From: an uncultured Iamiaceae bacterium
GTDB taxonomy: Bacteria > Actinomycetota > Acidimicrobiia > Acidimicrobiales > Acidimicrobilacustridaceae
DNA length: 64,000 nucleotides
Direction: 5' to 3'
Assembly (NCBI GenBank): GCA_963778895.1
Contig: CAVZVZ010000007.1
Coordinates: 68,413-132,412, forward strand
Shown here one piece after another: positions 39,019-47,738 of the stretch (positions within the stretch are counted from its first letter, which is position 1; every line of letters starts with the position of its first letter). A program made the position numbers and the translations under genes. The notes below the pieces were generated by a model, which saw only the letters and a program-made list of their open reading frames with translations, ran no database searches and had not been told where the DNA came from.

Positions 39019-39498
39019 GTGGCCCGGCTGGAAGCGTTCGGATTGGTGGCAGACCCACCGAAGGGTTGGGACGGCGAGATCTATCGCCGCGATGCTGCGT
39101 TGCCCGACGGCGTGTCGGCGTTGTTCGGCTCGACCGAAGTGGTCACGCCCATCATGCACATGGCCAACTTCCCGTTGCCGGCCGAGCGCGGCGACTACGG
39201 CGGCGGCGCAGTCGAGTTGATGGGACGCGGCGGAGTGTTCGTGTCGCTACTCGAACATCCTCCGCGCGAGGGAGATACGGCATTGTTCGCCGGCAAAGGG
39301 ATCCCGTGGCCGTTGAGCTCGTCGGACTTCGATCCACAGCAAATGCAACGCACGATCGGCGGTCAGGCCGGTTGTCAACGTTTCTTCACTCACAACGGCC
39401 GGGCGTTCTGCTTGTACGTCGCCATCGGCAGCTACGGCTCGCGCGCCGTGCTGGTGCGCGAGGTCAACAACGCGCTGGCCTCGGTCGACCTCGCCTAG
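39019..39498 (+). CDS. hypothetical protein (last gene of the Mau-like cassette)
   Basis: Intact 159-aa ORF starting 5 nt after the previous stop. I recognise no family. Confidence 0.5.
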   Translation: MARLEAFGLVADPPKGWDGEIYRRDAALPDGVSALFGSTEVVTPIMHMANFPLPAERGDYGGGAVELMGRGGVFVSLLEHPPREGDTALFAGKGIPWPLSSSDFDPQQMQRTIGGQAGCQRFFTHNGRAFCLYVAIGSYGSRAVLVREVNNALASVDLA

Positions 39499-40010
39499 CT
39501 GTCGGCTGCCTTCTCGGCGTCCGAGAGCGCACCCTTCAGGCTCTCGACGGTCTTGTCGTCGAGCGGGTGGCGGATCACCTTGACCGGCTTGTAGGGCTCG
39601 AACGCCCTGGTCATCTGGTCGGCATCGCCGCCGGCCCCGATCAGCAGCAACGCCGATGTTCCCTTGTCGAGCTCACTGCGGATGTCGTTGAGCATCTGCT
39701 TGTCGAGTCCGTGCTCCTTGATGGCCTCGCCGGTGATAGCACCCGCGCCGAGCCCGGCGGCCCACAGCGCGAGGAAGCCGACCGGCGGGAACAGCAGGCC
39801 CACGAAGAGGCCGGCGATACCACCCCAGAACGCACCCTCGGCCACCGAGCCGTGCGTCGTGTGGGTCGACACGCGACCCGACTTGTGGCGTTCGACGACG
39901 GCGACGTCGTCGACCCACGCATAGTCGAGCTCCTCGAGGGCGCGGACCGCCGCTAGGGCACCCTGCGCCGCGTAGGTGTCGTCGAACTTCAGAACGATCA
40001 GATCAGCCAC
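39495..40010 (-). CDS. DUF1269 domain-containing membrane protein
   Basis: 171 aa. ADLIVLKFDDTYAAQGAL...VVERHKSGRV is followed by a Gly-zipper TM region (GAFWGGIAGLFVGLLFPPVGFLALWAAGLGAGAITG), typical of DUF1269. Confidence 0.7.
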   Translation of the reverse strand: MADLIVLKFDDTYAAQGALAAVRALEELDYAWVDDVAVVERHKSGRVSTHTTHGSVAEGAFWGGIAGLFVGLLFPPVGFLALWAAGLGAGAITGEAIKEHGLDKQMLNDIRSELDKGTSALLLIGAGGDADQMTRAFEPYKPVKVIRHPLDDKTVESLKGALSDAEKAADS

Positions 40011-40046
40011 GACCGTTGAACCCCTCTTCCCTCGAGCGAATTCGTT

Positions 40047-41108
40047 TCACTTGACCAAGTGCTTGCCCGCAACGACCGGCAGGTCGAGCATCGACAACAT
40101 GCCTGCCGGCGCATCGCACACCGCGGGTATGGCGTTCAGCAACCGCATCGCGGTGGCGACGAGACCGCCCTCGTTGTGGTCGCCGTTCTCGCCCAGCAGT
40201 TCGAGGTTGCATCGCATGCGCGGCTGGCCCTCGATGAGCACGCGGTAGCAACCCTCGCCCGTGGGCTGGGGCCAGTCGGGTGCCACGCTGTCGTGCATGC
40301 GGGTGACGTGTTCGACGGCGATCACGGCGCGGCCGTCCTTCATGCCGTCGAGTTCGAAGCGCAGACCTGCTTGGGTGCCGGCGGCGACCGTGCCCGCTGC
40401 CGTTTCGTAGTCCCGCTCGGCCGGCCACTTCTCGTAGTGCTCGGTGATCTCGTCGAGCTCGACACCGAGACCGGCGGCGATCATGGCGACGACGGGGCCC
40501 CAGGCAAAGGTGAGCACGCCCGGCAACAACAGCATCGGTGTGTGATCGATCGGCTTGCCGAACCCCATGGTGTCGAACAACACCGTCGGTTGGTCGTAGG
40601 TGTCGTAGTTGAGCACCTCCATCACGCGGAGCGAGTCGACTCGTTCGCTGATGGCGGTGAGGGCCAGGGGGAAGAACTCGTTCCCGAAACCGGGGTCGAT
40701 GCCCGAGGTGAAGAAGGACGCGTTGCCGGCCTTGCACGCCGCGGCGAGCGGCTCGACCAGCCCGGGATCGGCGGCCGGCGGGTAGACGAGCGGCACGACC
40801 GAGCTCGACACGACGTTGAAGCCCGACTCCAGGAGCTTGACCATGTCGTCCACGGCTTCCTGGGGTCGAAGGTCGGCGGTGGCGGTGTAGCTCACGCAAT
40901 CGGCGTCGGTCTGGAGGATCGCGTCCAGATCGGTCGTGGCCGTGATGCCGGTGGGCGGCATTCCGCACAGTTCGCCCGCGTCGAGCCCCGCCTTCGACTC
41001 GGAGTGCACGAGCAGTCCGACGAGCTCGAGATCAGGATGGTTGATGATGCCCCGCAGCGCGAGCTGCCCGACGTTCCCCGTACTCCACTGGATCACCTTG
41101 TAGGTCAT
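40047..41108 (-). CDS. NAD(P)H-dependent amine dehydrogenase family protein (DapB-N-terminal-fold)
   Basis: The real part of ORF 40047..42068 starts at ATG 41108 and gives 353 aa. MTYKVIQWSTGNVGQLALRGIINHPDLELVGLLVHSESKAGLDAGELCG resembles native amine dehydrogenases and 2,4-diaminopentanoate-dehydrogenase-like proteins. Confidence 0.65.
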   Translation of the reverse strand: MTYKVIQWSTGNVGQLALRGIINHPDLELVGLLVHSESKAGLDAGELCGMPPTGITATTDLDAILQTDADCVSYTATADLRPQEAVDDMVKLLESGFNVVSSSVVPLVYPPAADPGLVEPLAAACKAGNASFFTSGIDPGFGNEFFPLALTAISERVDSLRVMEVLNYDTYDQPTVLFDTMGFGKPIDHTPMLLLPGVLTFAWGPVVAMIAAGLGVELDEITEHYEKWPAERDYETAAGTVAAGTQAGLRFELDGMKDGRAVIAVEHVTRMHDSVAPDWPQPTGEGCYRVLIEGQPRMRCNLELLGENGDHNEGGLVATAMRLLNAIPAVCDAPAGMLSMLDLPVVAGKHLVK

Positions 41109-41162
41109 GCGCCGATACTGCCGCATCGCTGCCCCCGCGGCGAGCTGGCAGGATGCCTTCCC

Positions 41163-42134
41163 ATGCGTGCCGTCGTGTGTCGTGAGCTCGGCCCACCCCA
41201 GATGTTGGCGATCGAGGAACAGGACCCACCCACACCGCGGGAGAACCAGATCCTGATCGACGTCCGGGCCGCCGGCGTCAACTTCGTCGACGGGCTGTTC
41301 GTGGCTGGTCAGTACCAGATCAAGCCGCCGGTGCCGTTCACGCCGGGCAGCGAGGTGGCCGGCGTCGTCGTCGACGTGGGCGCCGGCACGGACCGTTTCG
41401 CCCGCGGCGACTCGGTGGTGGCCATGCCGGGGTTGGGTGGGTTCGCCGAGTCGGTGGCGGTAGGAGAGAACCAAGCGGCGAAGCTGCCGTCGGCGTTGTC
41501 GTTCGCGCAAGGCGCAACGTTCATGCAGAGCTACTGCACCGCCCTCTTCGCACTGCGCGAACGAGGCCGGGTTGCTGATGGCGAGACCGTGCTGGTGCTG
41601 GGCGCCGGTGGGGGTGTGGGACTGGCGGTCGTCGATGTGGCTCGCGCCCTGGGGGCGCGTGTGTTCGCCGTCGCGTCCACGCCCGAGAAGCGCGCCGCAG
41701 CCATCGCGCTCGGTGCCGAGGCGGCCATCGATCCCGGTAGCGAGGATGTGAAGCAGCGCGCCCGCGAGTTGGGCGACGGTGGTGTGGACGTCGTCGTGGA
41801 CCCGATCGGCGGGCCCTTGGCCGAGTCTTCGTTGCGCGCGTTGCGGTGGTTCGGCCGGTACCTCGTCGTCGGGTTCGCGTCCGGCGACATCCCGAAGCTG
41901 CCGGCGAACCAGATGCTGCTGAACAACCGGTCGGTGCTCGGGGTGGATTGGGGCGCGTGGACCATGCGCGACCCGGACGGTCATCGCCGGTTGCTCGACG
42001 ACGCCTTGGGACTCGTCGCGGCCGGGCGTCTCCATCCGGTGGAACCGACGGAGTACTCCTTCGACCAAGTCGCCGAGGCGCTCGACGCCTTGCTCGGTCG
42101 CAAGGTGACCGGCAAAGTCGCCCTCGTCCGCTGA
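41163..42134 (+). CDS. NADPH:quinone oxidoreductase / zinc-independent MDR family dehydrogenase
   Basis: The real part of ORF 40059..42134 starts at ATG 41163 and gives 323 aa. It carries MRAVVCRELGPP...GVNFVDG...PFTPGSEVAGVV...LVLGAGGGVGLAVV. Confidence 0.85.
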   Translation: MRAVVCRELGPPQMLAIEEQDPPTPRENQILIDVRAAGVNFVDGLFVAGQYQIKPPVPFTPGSEVAGVVVDVGAGTDRFARGDSVVAMPGLGGFAESVAVGENQAAKLPSALSFAQGATFMQSYCTALFALRERGRVADGETVLVLGAGGGVGLAVVDVARALGARVFAVASTPEKRAAAIALGAEAAIDPGSEDVKQRARELGDGGVDVVVDPIGGPLAESSLRALRWFGRYLVVGFASGDIPKLPANQMLLNNRSVLGVDWGAWTMRDPDGHRRLLDDALGLVAAGRLHPVEPTEYSFDQVAEALDALLGRKVTGKVALVR

Positions 42135-42155
42135 CGAGTCGGCGCCCTCGTCCTG

Positions 42156-42203
42156 TTCTGGCAGGTGAAACTCACGCTATAGCGCGGCTTTCACCAGCCA
42201 GAA
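42156..42203 (+). terminator. Large nested inverted repeat (terminator-like hairpin or operator) between the quinone oxidoreductase and 2OG-oxygenase genes
   Basis: TTCTGGCAGGTGAAA (42156-42170) pairs with TTTCACCAGCCAGAA (42189-42203) at 14/15 positions. The 18-nt spacer contains a perfect palindrome CGCTATAGCG (42175-42184). There is no T-tract. Confidence 0.35.
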
Positions 42204-42223
42204 CGGTGAGAGAGAATGCCGGC

Positions 42224-43034
42224 GTGCTGCCGACTGCCGCGGATCCGACCACGATCGTGGACCTCGATCGGTACCCGATCGACGATCTGGATCGCGCCGC
42301 GACCCTGATCACATCCGCGTCGGCCCGACTGGCGGACAAGGGAGTGGCGATCCTGCCGGGCTTCCTGCGCGACGCGGCTCTCAGCGAGATCGTGGCCGAG
42401 GCCGATCGGTTGGCACCGAACGGTCATCATCGAGGACGTGCCCGGCACGCCGTACCTGGGACTGCCCGACGAGTCCTTCCCGACGGATCATCCCCGACAG
42501 TACGTCTCGCGGTCGGCGTTGACGGCGGTGGCCTACGACCTGTTTCCCGCCGAATCCTTGCTGCGTGCCCTATACGAATGGGAACCCTTGATGGAGTTCG
42601 TCGCCGCGGTGCTCGGCCGGCGCCCGCTTTATCGCTACGCCGATCCGTTTGGCGCGCTGAACGTGGCGGCGATGTACGACACCGACGAGCTCGGTTGGCA
42701 TTTCGATCAGACCGACTTCGTGGTGTCGATCGCTCTGCAGTCGAGTGATGGAGGTGGGGACTTCGAAGCCGCCGCACGCGTCCGCGGTCCGGACGACGAA
42801 CGGTACGACGACGTGGCTCGGGTGCTCGCCGGTGATGCGACGGAGTTGATCGAAACCATCCCCATGACGCCGGGAACACTCATGTTGTTCGAAGGCCGCC
42901 ACTCGTTGCACCGGGTGACACCGATCCAGGGGTCGACACCCCGCCATGTCGCGTTGCTCGCCTACGACACGAGGCCCGGCACCGACAGCACCGAGTTGCT
43001 GAAGCTGGTTCGGTACGGGCGGTTGCCCGAGTGA
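42224..43034 (+). pseudogene. Fe(II)/2-oxoglutarate-dependent oxygenase, one frame change as assembled
   Basis: The pieces are 41846..42748 (real from GTG ~42224: VLPTAADPTTIVDLDRYPIDDL...LPGFLRDAAL) and 42438..43034. The facial triad is visible as WHFDQTD ... GRHSLHRV. The join is at ~42430. Confidence 0.65.
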
Positions 43035-43543
43035 CGGACATGGATCTGGCCCCGCAATACGGCGAGAGCTTCGTGGGTGACGGTGCCGACGCCGCCCACA
43101 TCAACACGGTGCTGGGTCTCCGCGACGGGCCGGTCGGCACGGCGTGGGCCACCGCCCTCGCGACCCCGAGCGCGGGACACACGCCGTTCGTGGTCGTGCT
43201 GCGCCCCGGTCTGCCGGTGCAGCCCTACACATTGTTCGTGAACAAGTCGGCGATCGCGGGCGATGAGCACGGGCGGCTGACTTGGGGTGCGGCGCAGGCC
43301 GGTGTCGCCAAGGGTGTCGCCTACGCGGTGCGTGACGGCGTCGTGCCGCAGGACGGCATCGATCGATTGGCGTTGATCGTGGCCGTGTGGGTCAATCCCG
43401 ACGCGTCCGACGAAGCAAAGGTGTTCGCCAACAACGCGGCCGCGACGTTGGGAGCGCTGCGCGCCGGTCGCGACGGCTCACCGACCGTGGCCGAGGTCTT
43501 GGCTGCCGCCAACGAGCCGACGAACCCTTACTTCTCCGGCTGA
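43031..43543 (+). CDS. fae: formaldehyde-activating enzyme (Fae) family protein
   Basis: Intact 170 aa. GESFVGDGADAAHINTVLG.RDGPVGTAWATALATPSAGHTPFVVVLRPGLPVQPYTLFVNK...GAAQAGVAKGVAYAV..G..P is collinear with Fae (GEALVGDGNEVAHIDLIIG...FNKVTI...GPAQ.GVA.AV). The start overlaps the upstream stop (GTGA); ATG 43040 is an alternative. Confidence 0.7.
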   Translation: MTDMDLAPQYGESFVGDGADAAHINTVLGLRDGPVGTAWATALATPSAGHTPFVVVLRPGLPVQPYTLFVNKSAIAGDEHGRLTWGAAQAGVAKGVAYAVRDGVVPQDGIDRLALIVAVWVNPDASDEAKVFANNAAATLGALRAGRDGSPTVAEVLAAANEPTNPYFSG

Positions 43544-43546
43544 CGT

Positions 43547-44582
43547 CTAAACCTGCCGTCGACCCGGGTCGGGTCCGACCTGCACCACGACCTTCCCCGT
43601 GTTCTCGCCGGTGAACAACATGTTCAGCGCGCGGGCGCATTGCTCGAGTCCCGGCACCACCTCTTCGCGCCACTGCAGACGACCCTCGTCGGCCCACTCG
43701 TGGAGTTGGGCCATGCATTCGGGGAACCGATCCCAGTGGTCGAGGGTGATGAAACCCTCCATGCGGCCGCGTCGGCCGATGAGGTTCAGGTAGTTGGACG
43801 GACCAGGTGGGCGGCCCTGGTCGTTGTACACCGAGATCGCGCCGCACAGCACCACCCGGCCGTGCATGTTCAGCCCACCGAGCACCGCGTCGAGGATCTT
43901 GCCGCCGACGTTGTCGAAGTACACGTCGACGCGATCGGGGCAGAGCTCGCGCAGGCGCGCCGCGAGATCGTCGGTGCGATGGTTGATGCAGCCGTCGAAC
44001 CCGAGCTCGTCGACCACCCACGCACACTTCTCGTCGGTGCCGGCGATACCGACGACCCGGCATCCCTTGATCTTCGCGATCTGACCCACGATCGAACCGG
44101 TGGCGCCGGCGGCGGCTGACACGACGACGGTCTCACCTGGTTTCGGCTGACCGATGTCGAGCAGGCCGAAGTACGCCGCGGCACCGGTCGAGCCGAACAC
44201 GCTCAACATCGGCAGCATGTCGGTGTCGCGGTCGAGGAGCGTGGTGTACAAGTCGTCGCGTACGACGGCGTACTCCTGCCAGCTGCCCGAGCGAGATGAC
44301 GACGTCGCCGACTTCGTACGCGTCGCACTTCGACGCCACGATCTCGCCGACCGAGCTGGATCGGACGACCTCGTCGATCTCGACGGCGGGCAAGTAGCCC
44401 TCGCCCTTGTTGAGCCAGGTGCGGACCGTGGCGTCCATGCCCAGGTAGACGTTGCGCATCAACGCGTCACCGTCGGCCAAGTCGGGGACCGGCCGTTCGA
44501 CCAGCTCGACGTCGTCGTCGCGGACCAATCCTTCGGGTCGTTGCTTGAGCACGACCTGGCGGTTGAGGGATGGGATCTCCAT
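43547..44582 (-). pseudogene. NADP-dependent oxidoreductase (MDR, YncB/prostaglandin-reductase-like), one +1 frame change
   Basis: The N-terminal piece is 44133..44582 (NRQVVLKQRPEGL...YLGMDATVRTW). The C-terminal piece is 43547..44251 (VVVSAAAGATGSIVGQIAKIKGCRVVGIAG). The join is at ~44270. Confidence 0.8.
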
Positions 44583-44665
44583 GGCAAAGGCTTAGCCGGA
44601 AATCACCGATCGGGGCGACGCCGCGACGGGCGGCGTGCGGCGGCGCGCCGTACCCTCGCGAGTCC

Positions 44666-45490
44666 ATGGTCGCAGTGCGCCGTTCGGTGAGCATCGTCGT
44701 CGGCCTCTTGACGTTGACGATCGTGGCCAGCTGCTCGACGTCGACCGGGCGCGACGTGGTCGAAGCACCCGTCACGACCGCGACGCCCTTGCCGTCGACG
44801 ACCCAGCCGCCCACCACCGTGCCCCCGACTACCGCGACGACCGAACCGCCGCCCCCGCCGACCTGGGGCGAGGGCTCGGAGGGCGATGTCGTGTTGCACG
44901 TGCAGCAGCGATTGACCGCACTCGGATACCGGCCGGGCGACGTCGACGGCCACTACGGGTCGGCGACGGCCTCCGCGGTGATGGCGTACCAGAAGCACGA
45001 AGGGCTGCAACGCGACGGCGTGACCGGGCCGGAGGTCTTGGCTGCCATCGACGGCCCCCAGACGGGCGCGGGCCCGCGGGGTGGAGCCGGGCTCGAGATC
45101 GACCTCGACCGCCAGATCATGTTCGTCGTCTCGCTCGACGGGACGTACCAGATCCTGAATGTGTCGACGGGGAACAACCAGACCTATCGCCATCCGGCGG
45201 GATACACCGCGGTGGCGGTGACACCGACGGGGACCTACGCCGTCGGGCGCAAGATCGATGCCGAGGAGCACGCCCCCCTGGGCACGCTGTACCGGCCCAT
45301 GTACTTCCACGGCGGTTACGCAGTGCATGGTTCGCGCAGCGTTCCGGGATATCCCGCGAGCCACGGTTGCGTGCGCGTGAGCTACGAGGACGAGGACTGG
45401 TTGTTCCCGATCATCCGACCGGGGACGCCGGTGACGCTGTACGGCGGTGGCGACCAGCCCGCTCCCGTGGGCACCGACGCCGGCGCCTGA
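44666..45490 (+). CDS. L,D-transpeptidase (YkuD) lipoprotein with peptidoglycan-binding domain
   Basis: The ATG is at 44666. The lipobox is LTIVASC. The PG_binding_1 repeat is VLHVQQRLTALGYRPGDVDGHYGSATASAVMAYQ, and the YkuD catalytic motif is GYAVHGS...ASHGCVRV. Confidence 0.85.
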   Translation: MVAVRRSVSIVVGLLTLTIVASCSTSTGRDVVEAPVTTATPLPSTTQPPTTVPPTTATTEPPPPPTWGEGSEGDVVLHVQQRLTALGYRPGDVDGHYGSATASAVMAYQKHEGLQRDGVTGPEVLAAIDGPQTGAGPRGGAGLEIDLDRQIMFVVSLDGTYQILNVSTGNNQTYRHPAGYTAVAVTPTGTYAVGRKIDAEEHAPLGTLYRPMYFHGGYAVHGSRSVPGYPASHGCVRVSYEDEDWLFPIIRPGTPVTLYGGGDQPAPVGTDAGA

Positions 45491-45493
45491 CCG

Positions 45494-46259
45494 TCAGCCG
45501 CGCCGGATCACGTCTTTCCACGACCGACGCGGCTGGAGCTCGCGTTCGCGGGCGGCGCGGACGCGTTCTCGATGCAATGCGGTCTCCTCGGCGTCGTCGA
45601 GCGGCTCCAACGTGTCACCCGTGGCCCAGTGCAGCAGCAGGTCGGCCAACGCCGCGTTCCGGGCCAGCACGGGGCCGTGCAGATAGGTGCCGATGACACG
45701 GCCGTTCAGGGCTCCTTCGGTACCCCAGCCGTTGCCTTCGCCGATCTCGACCGTGCCGAGCGGGTCGTGCGTCGGCGCCGAGCCGGGTGCGTCCGCCGTG
45801 GTTCTCGAAACCGGTGAGCTCGGGCAGACCGAGTTGCGCGTCTGGTTGCACGAGGAGCTCGCCGACGGCGCGCGGGCGATCGACTCGGACGGTCTCGATG
45901 TCGAGCAGCCCCGCGCCCGAAGAAGTGCCGCCGGTCGGATCGGGGAACGCGTTGCCCACGATCTGCATCCCGCGCACACCGCGAGCAGCGGTGCGCCCCG
46001 TTCGACCGCCCGATGCAACGGACCACTTGTTCCGATCTCGCGAGCGGCTTGCGCCTGGGGTGCATCCTCACCACCGCCGAGCACGTAGACGTCGCCCGAG
46101 TCGGGCAGTGCGTCGCCGCCCAGGACCTCGGTCACCTCGGTCTCGGTACCCGCGCCAGGCGAGCCGTTGCGCGAGCACCGTGGCGTTACCACCATCGCCG
46201 TAGGTGCCGAGCAGGTCTGGGAAGAGCAACACGATGTGCACCGATTGCGAGCGGCTCAC
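45494..46259 (-). pseudogene. gatD: lipid II isoglutaminyl synthase glutaminase subunit GatD (CobQ/CobB-type GATase), three frame changes
   Basis: GTG 46259 overlaps the murT stop. It reads VHIVLLFPDLLGTYGDGGN...YVLGGGED...LLAVCAG|MQIVGNAF...GFENHGG...YLHGPVLARN. The joins are ~46148 (+1), ~45975 (looks like a 1-nt deletion) and ~45770 (+1). Confidence 0.8.
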
Positions 46260-47525
46260 GACAGTGCCTCGAGGTATTCCTGGAAGGCGGTGTAGTTGGC
46301 GGCGACGTCGATATGCGGCGCGGCGCACGCCGCCACCGCCGTGGCCAACGATTCGGCCACGGTGTGGTCGACGCCGGCGTAGCGCAGGCGTACGGCGAGA
46401 TCGAGACGGCGTTCGCCGGTCGCGACGACGTGGCGACCTTGTAGCCGTTCGAACGGCACGTCCCAGAGCCAGGACGGATCGTGACCGTCGGCAATGCGTG
46501 CATTGATCGCCACGATCACCGGTTGGGGCTGCGGCGCGAGCATGTCGAGCGCCTCGTGCCAGCCGGCGGGGTTCTTCGCGAGTAGCAGGCGAACCTCGGA
46601 TCCGTTGACGGTCGCGGTCCGGTAGCGACCGGCGACGTCTCGCACGCGGGCGAGCTCGGCTCGCGGCGCGAACGGGTTCGGCTCCCATCGCCTGCGCGGC
46701 CGCGAGTGCGATGGCGGCGTTGGTGCGGTTGACGCGACCGGGCAGCGCCAACTCCAGACGCACGCGGACACCGTCACGCAACACGACCTCGTCGCCGTCG
46801 AGGTACACGTCCGGGTCGGGCCGGGTGAGCTCGCACGACAAGCAGTTCCACTGCTCGCCGGCAAAGGTCAACCGCCCACCGCACGCCGGGCAGCCGACCG
46901 CGTCGCCTCGCCACGACGATCCCGCGGCCACCCACACCGTTTTCGGCGCGGGCAGGGCGGCCCACGCCACCAAGGGGTCGTCGGCGTTGGCGACAACCAG
47001 AGGTGGAGGGGTCGCGACGATCGCGTCGCGCCACCGCGAAGCCAGGTCGCGGACCTCGTGGCTGCGATCGAGCTGATCGCGACTCAGGTTCAACAACACG
47101 ACCGCTGCCGGCGCGGCGTCGGCCATGACACGGCCGAGCCAGCGCTCGTCGACCTCCAGCACAGCGGTGGCGTCGGCCGCCGCGCCTCCCAGCGCGGCCA
47201 CGTGGCCCGGCGGCATGTTGGCGCCGAGATCGTTCGAGACCACGGATCGATCGGAGGCCAGAGCCGCGACGAGCAATCGAGTGGTGGTGGTCTTGCCGTT
47301 GGTCGCGCTCACGAGTGCGACCTGCCGGCCTGCACTGAGCTCGCGCAACAGGTCCGGGTCGAGCAGGAGCGACACTCGACCGCCGATGACGCTGCCCGAG
47401 CCGAGCCGGGTCGCCCTCGACGCGGCGGCAACCGCTCGGCCGCTCAGCACGGCGACCCTGGCCCGCATCCCCGGCGCACTCGGCCCGCGCCGCGGCGGGG
47501 AGGAATCGGTAGCTCGGGGGTCCAC
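46256..47525 (-). pseudogene. murT: lipid II isoglutaminyl synthase subunit MurT (Mur ligase family), one +1 frame change
   Basis: It has the ATP-binding site ALVSATNGKTTTTRLL, the Cys4 ribbon CPACGG...CLSC and a C-terminal DUF1727-like region WLWDVPFE. The join is at ~46680. The start is 47525 or 47468. Confidence 0.85.
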
Positions 47526-47738
47526 GACGGAGCGAGCCTACCGGCCGCTCTGGGGAGGTTCGACGTCCCGGGTGCCACCGATCGGCGGGGACCCACCGTT
47601 ATGGTCGGCCCGGCCCCGCGACCGCGGCCCCACGCCGTGAGCCGAAGGGCTCATCGGCGTCATGAGGCTCAAGCGGCTCTCCCAAAGGCCGACAAACCCC
47701 ATGTAAGCCAGCAATTCCCACGAGGAGCGAAGGACGAC

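Noticed and set aside
40047-42134. Two >670-aa ORFs on opposite strands covering the same 2 kb
   Set aside because: Each is real only in its distal half: minus strand 40047-41108 and plus strand 41163-42134. The remainder is antisense shadow with Arg/Gly/Asp-rich junk, as expected in high-GC DNA.
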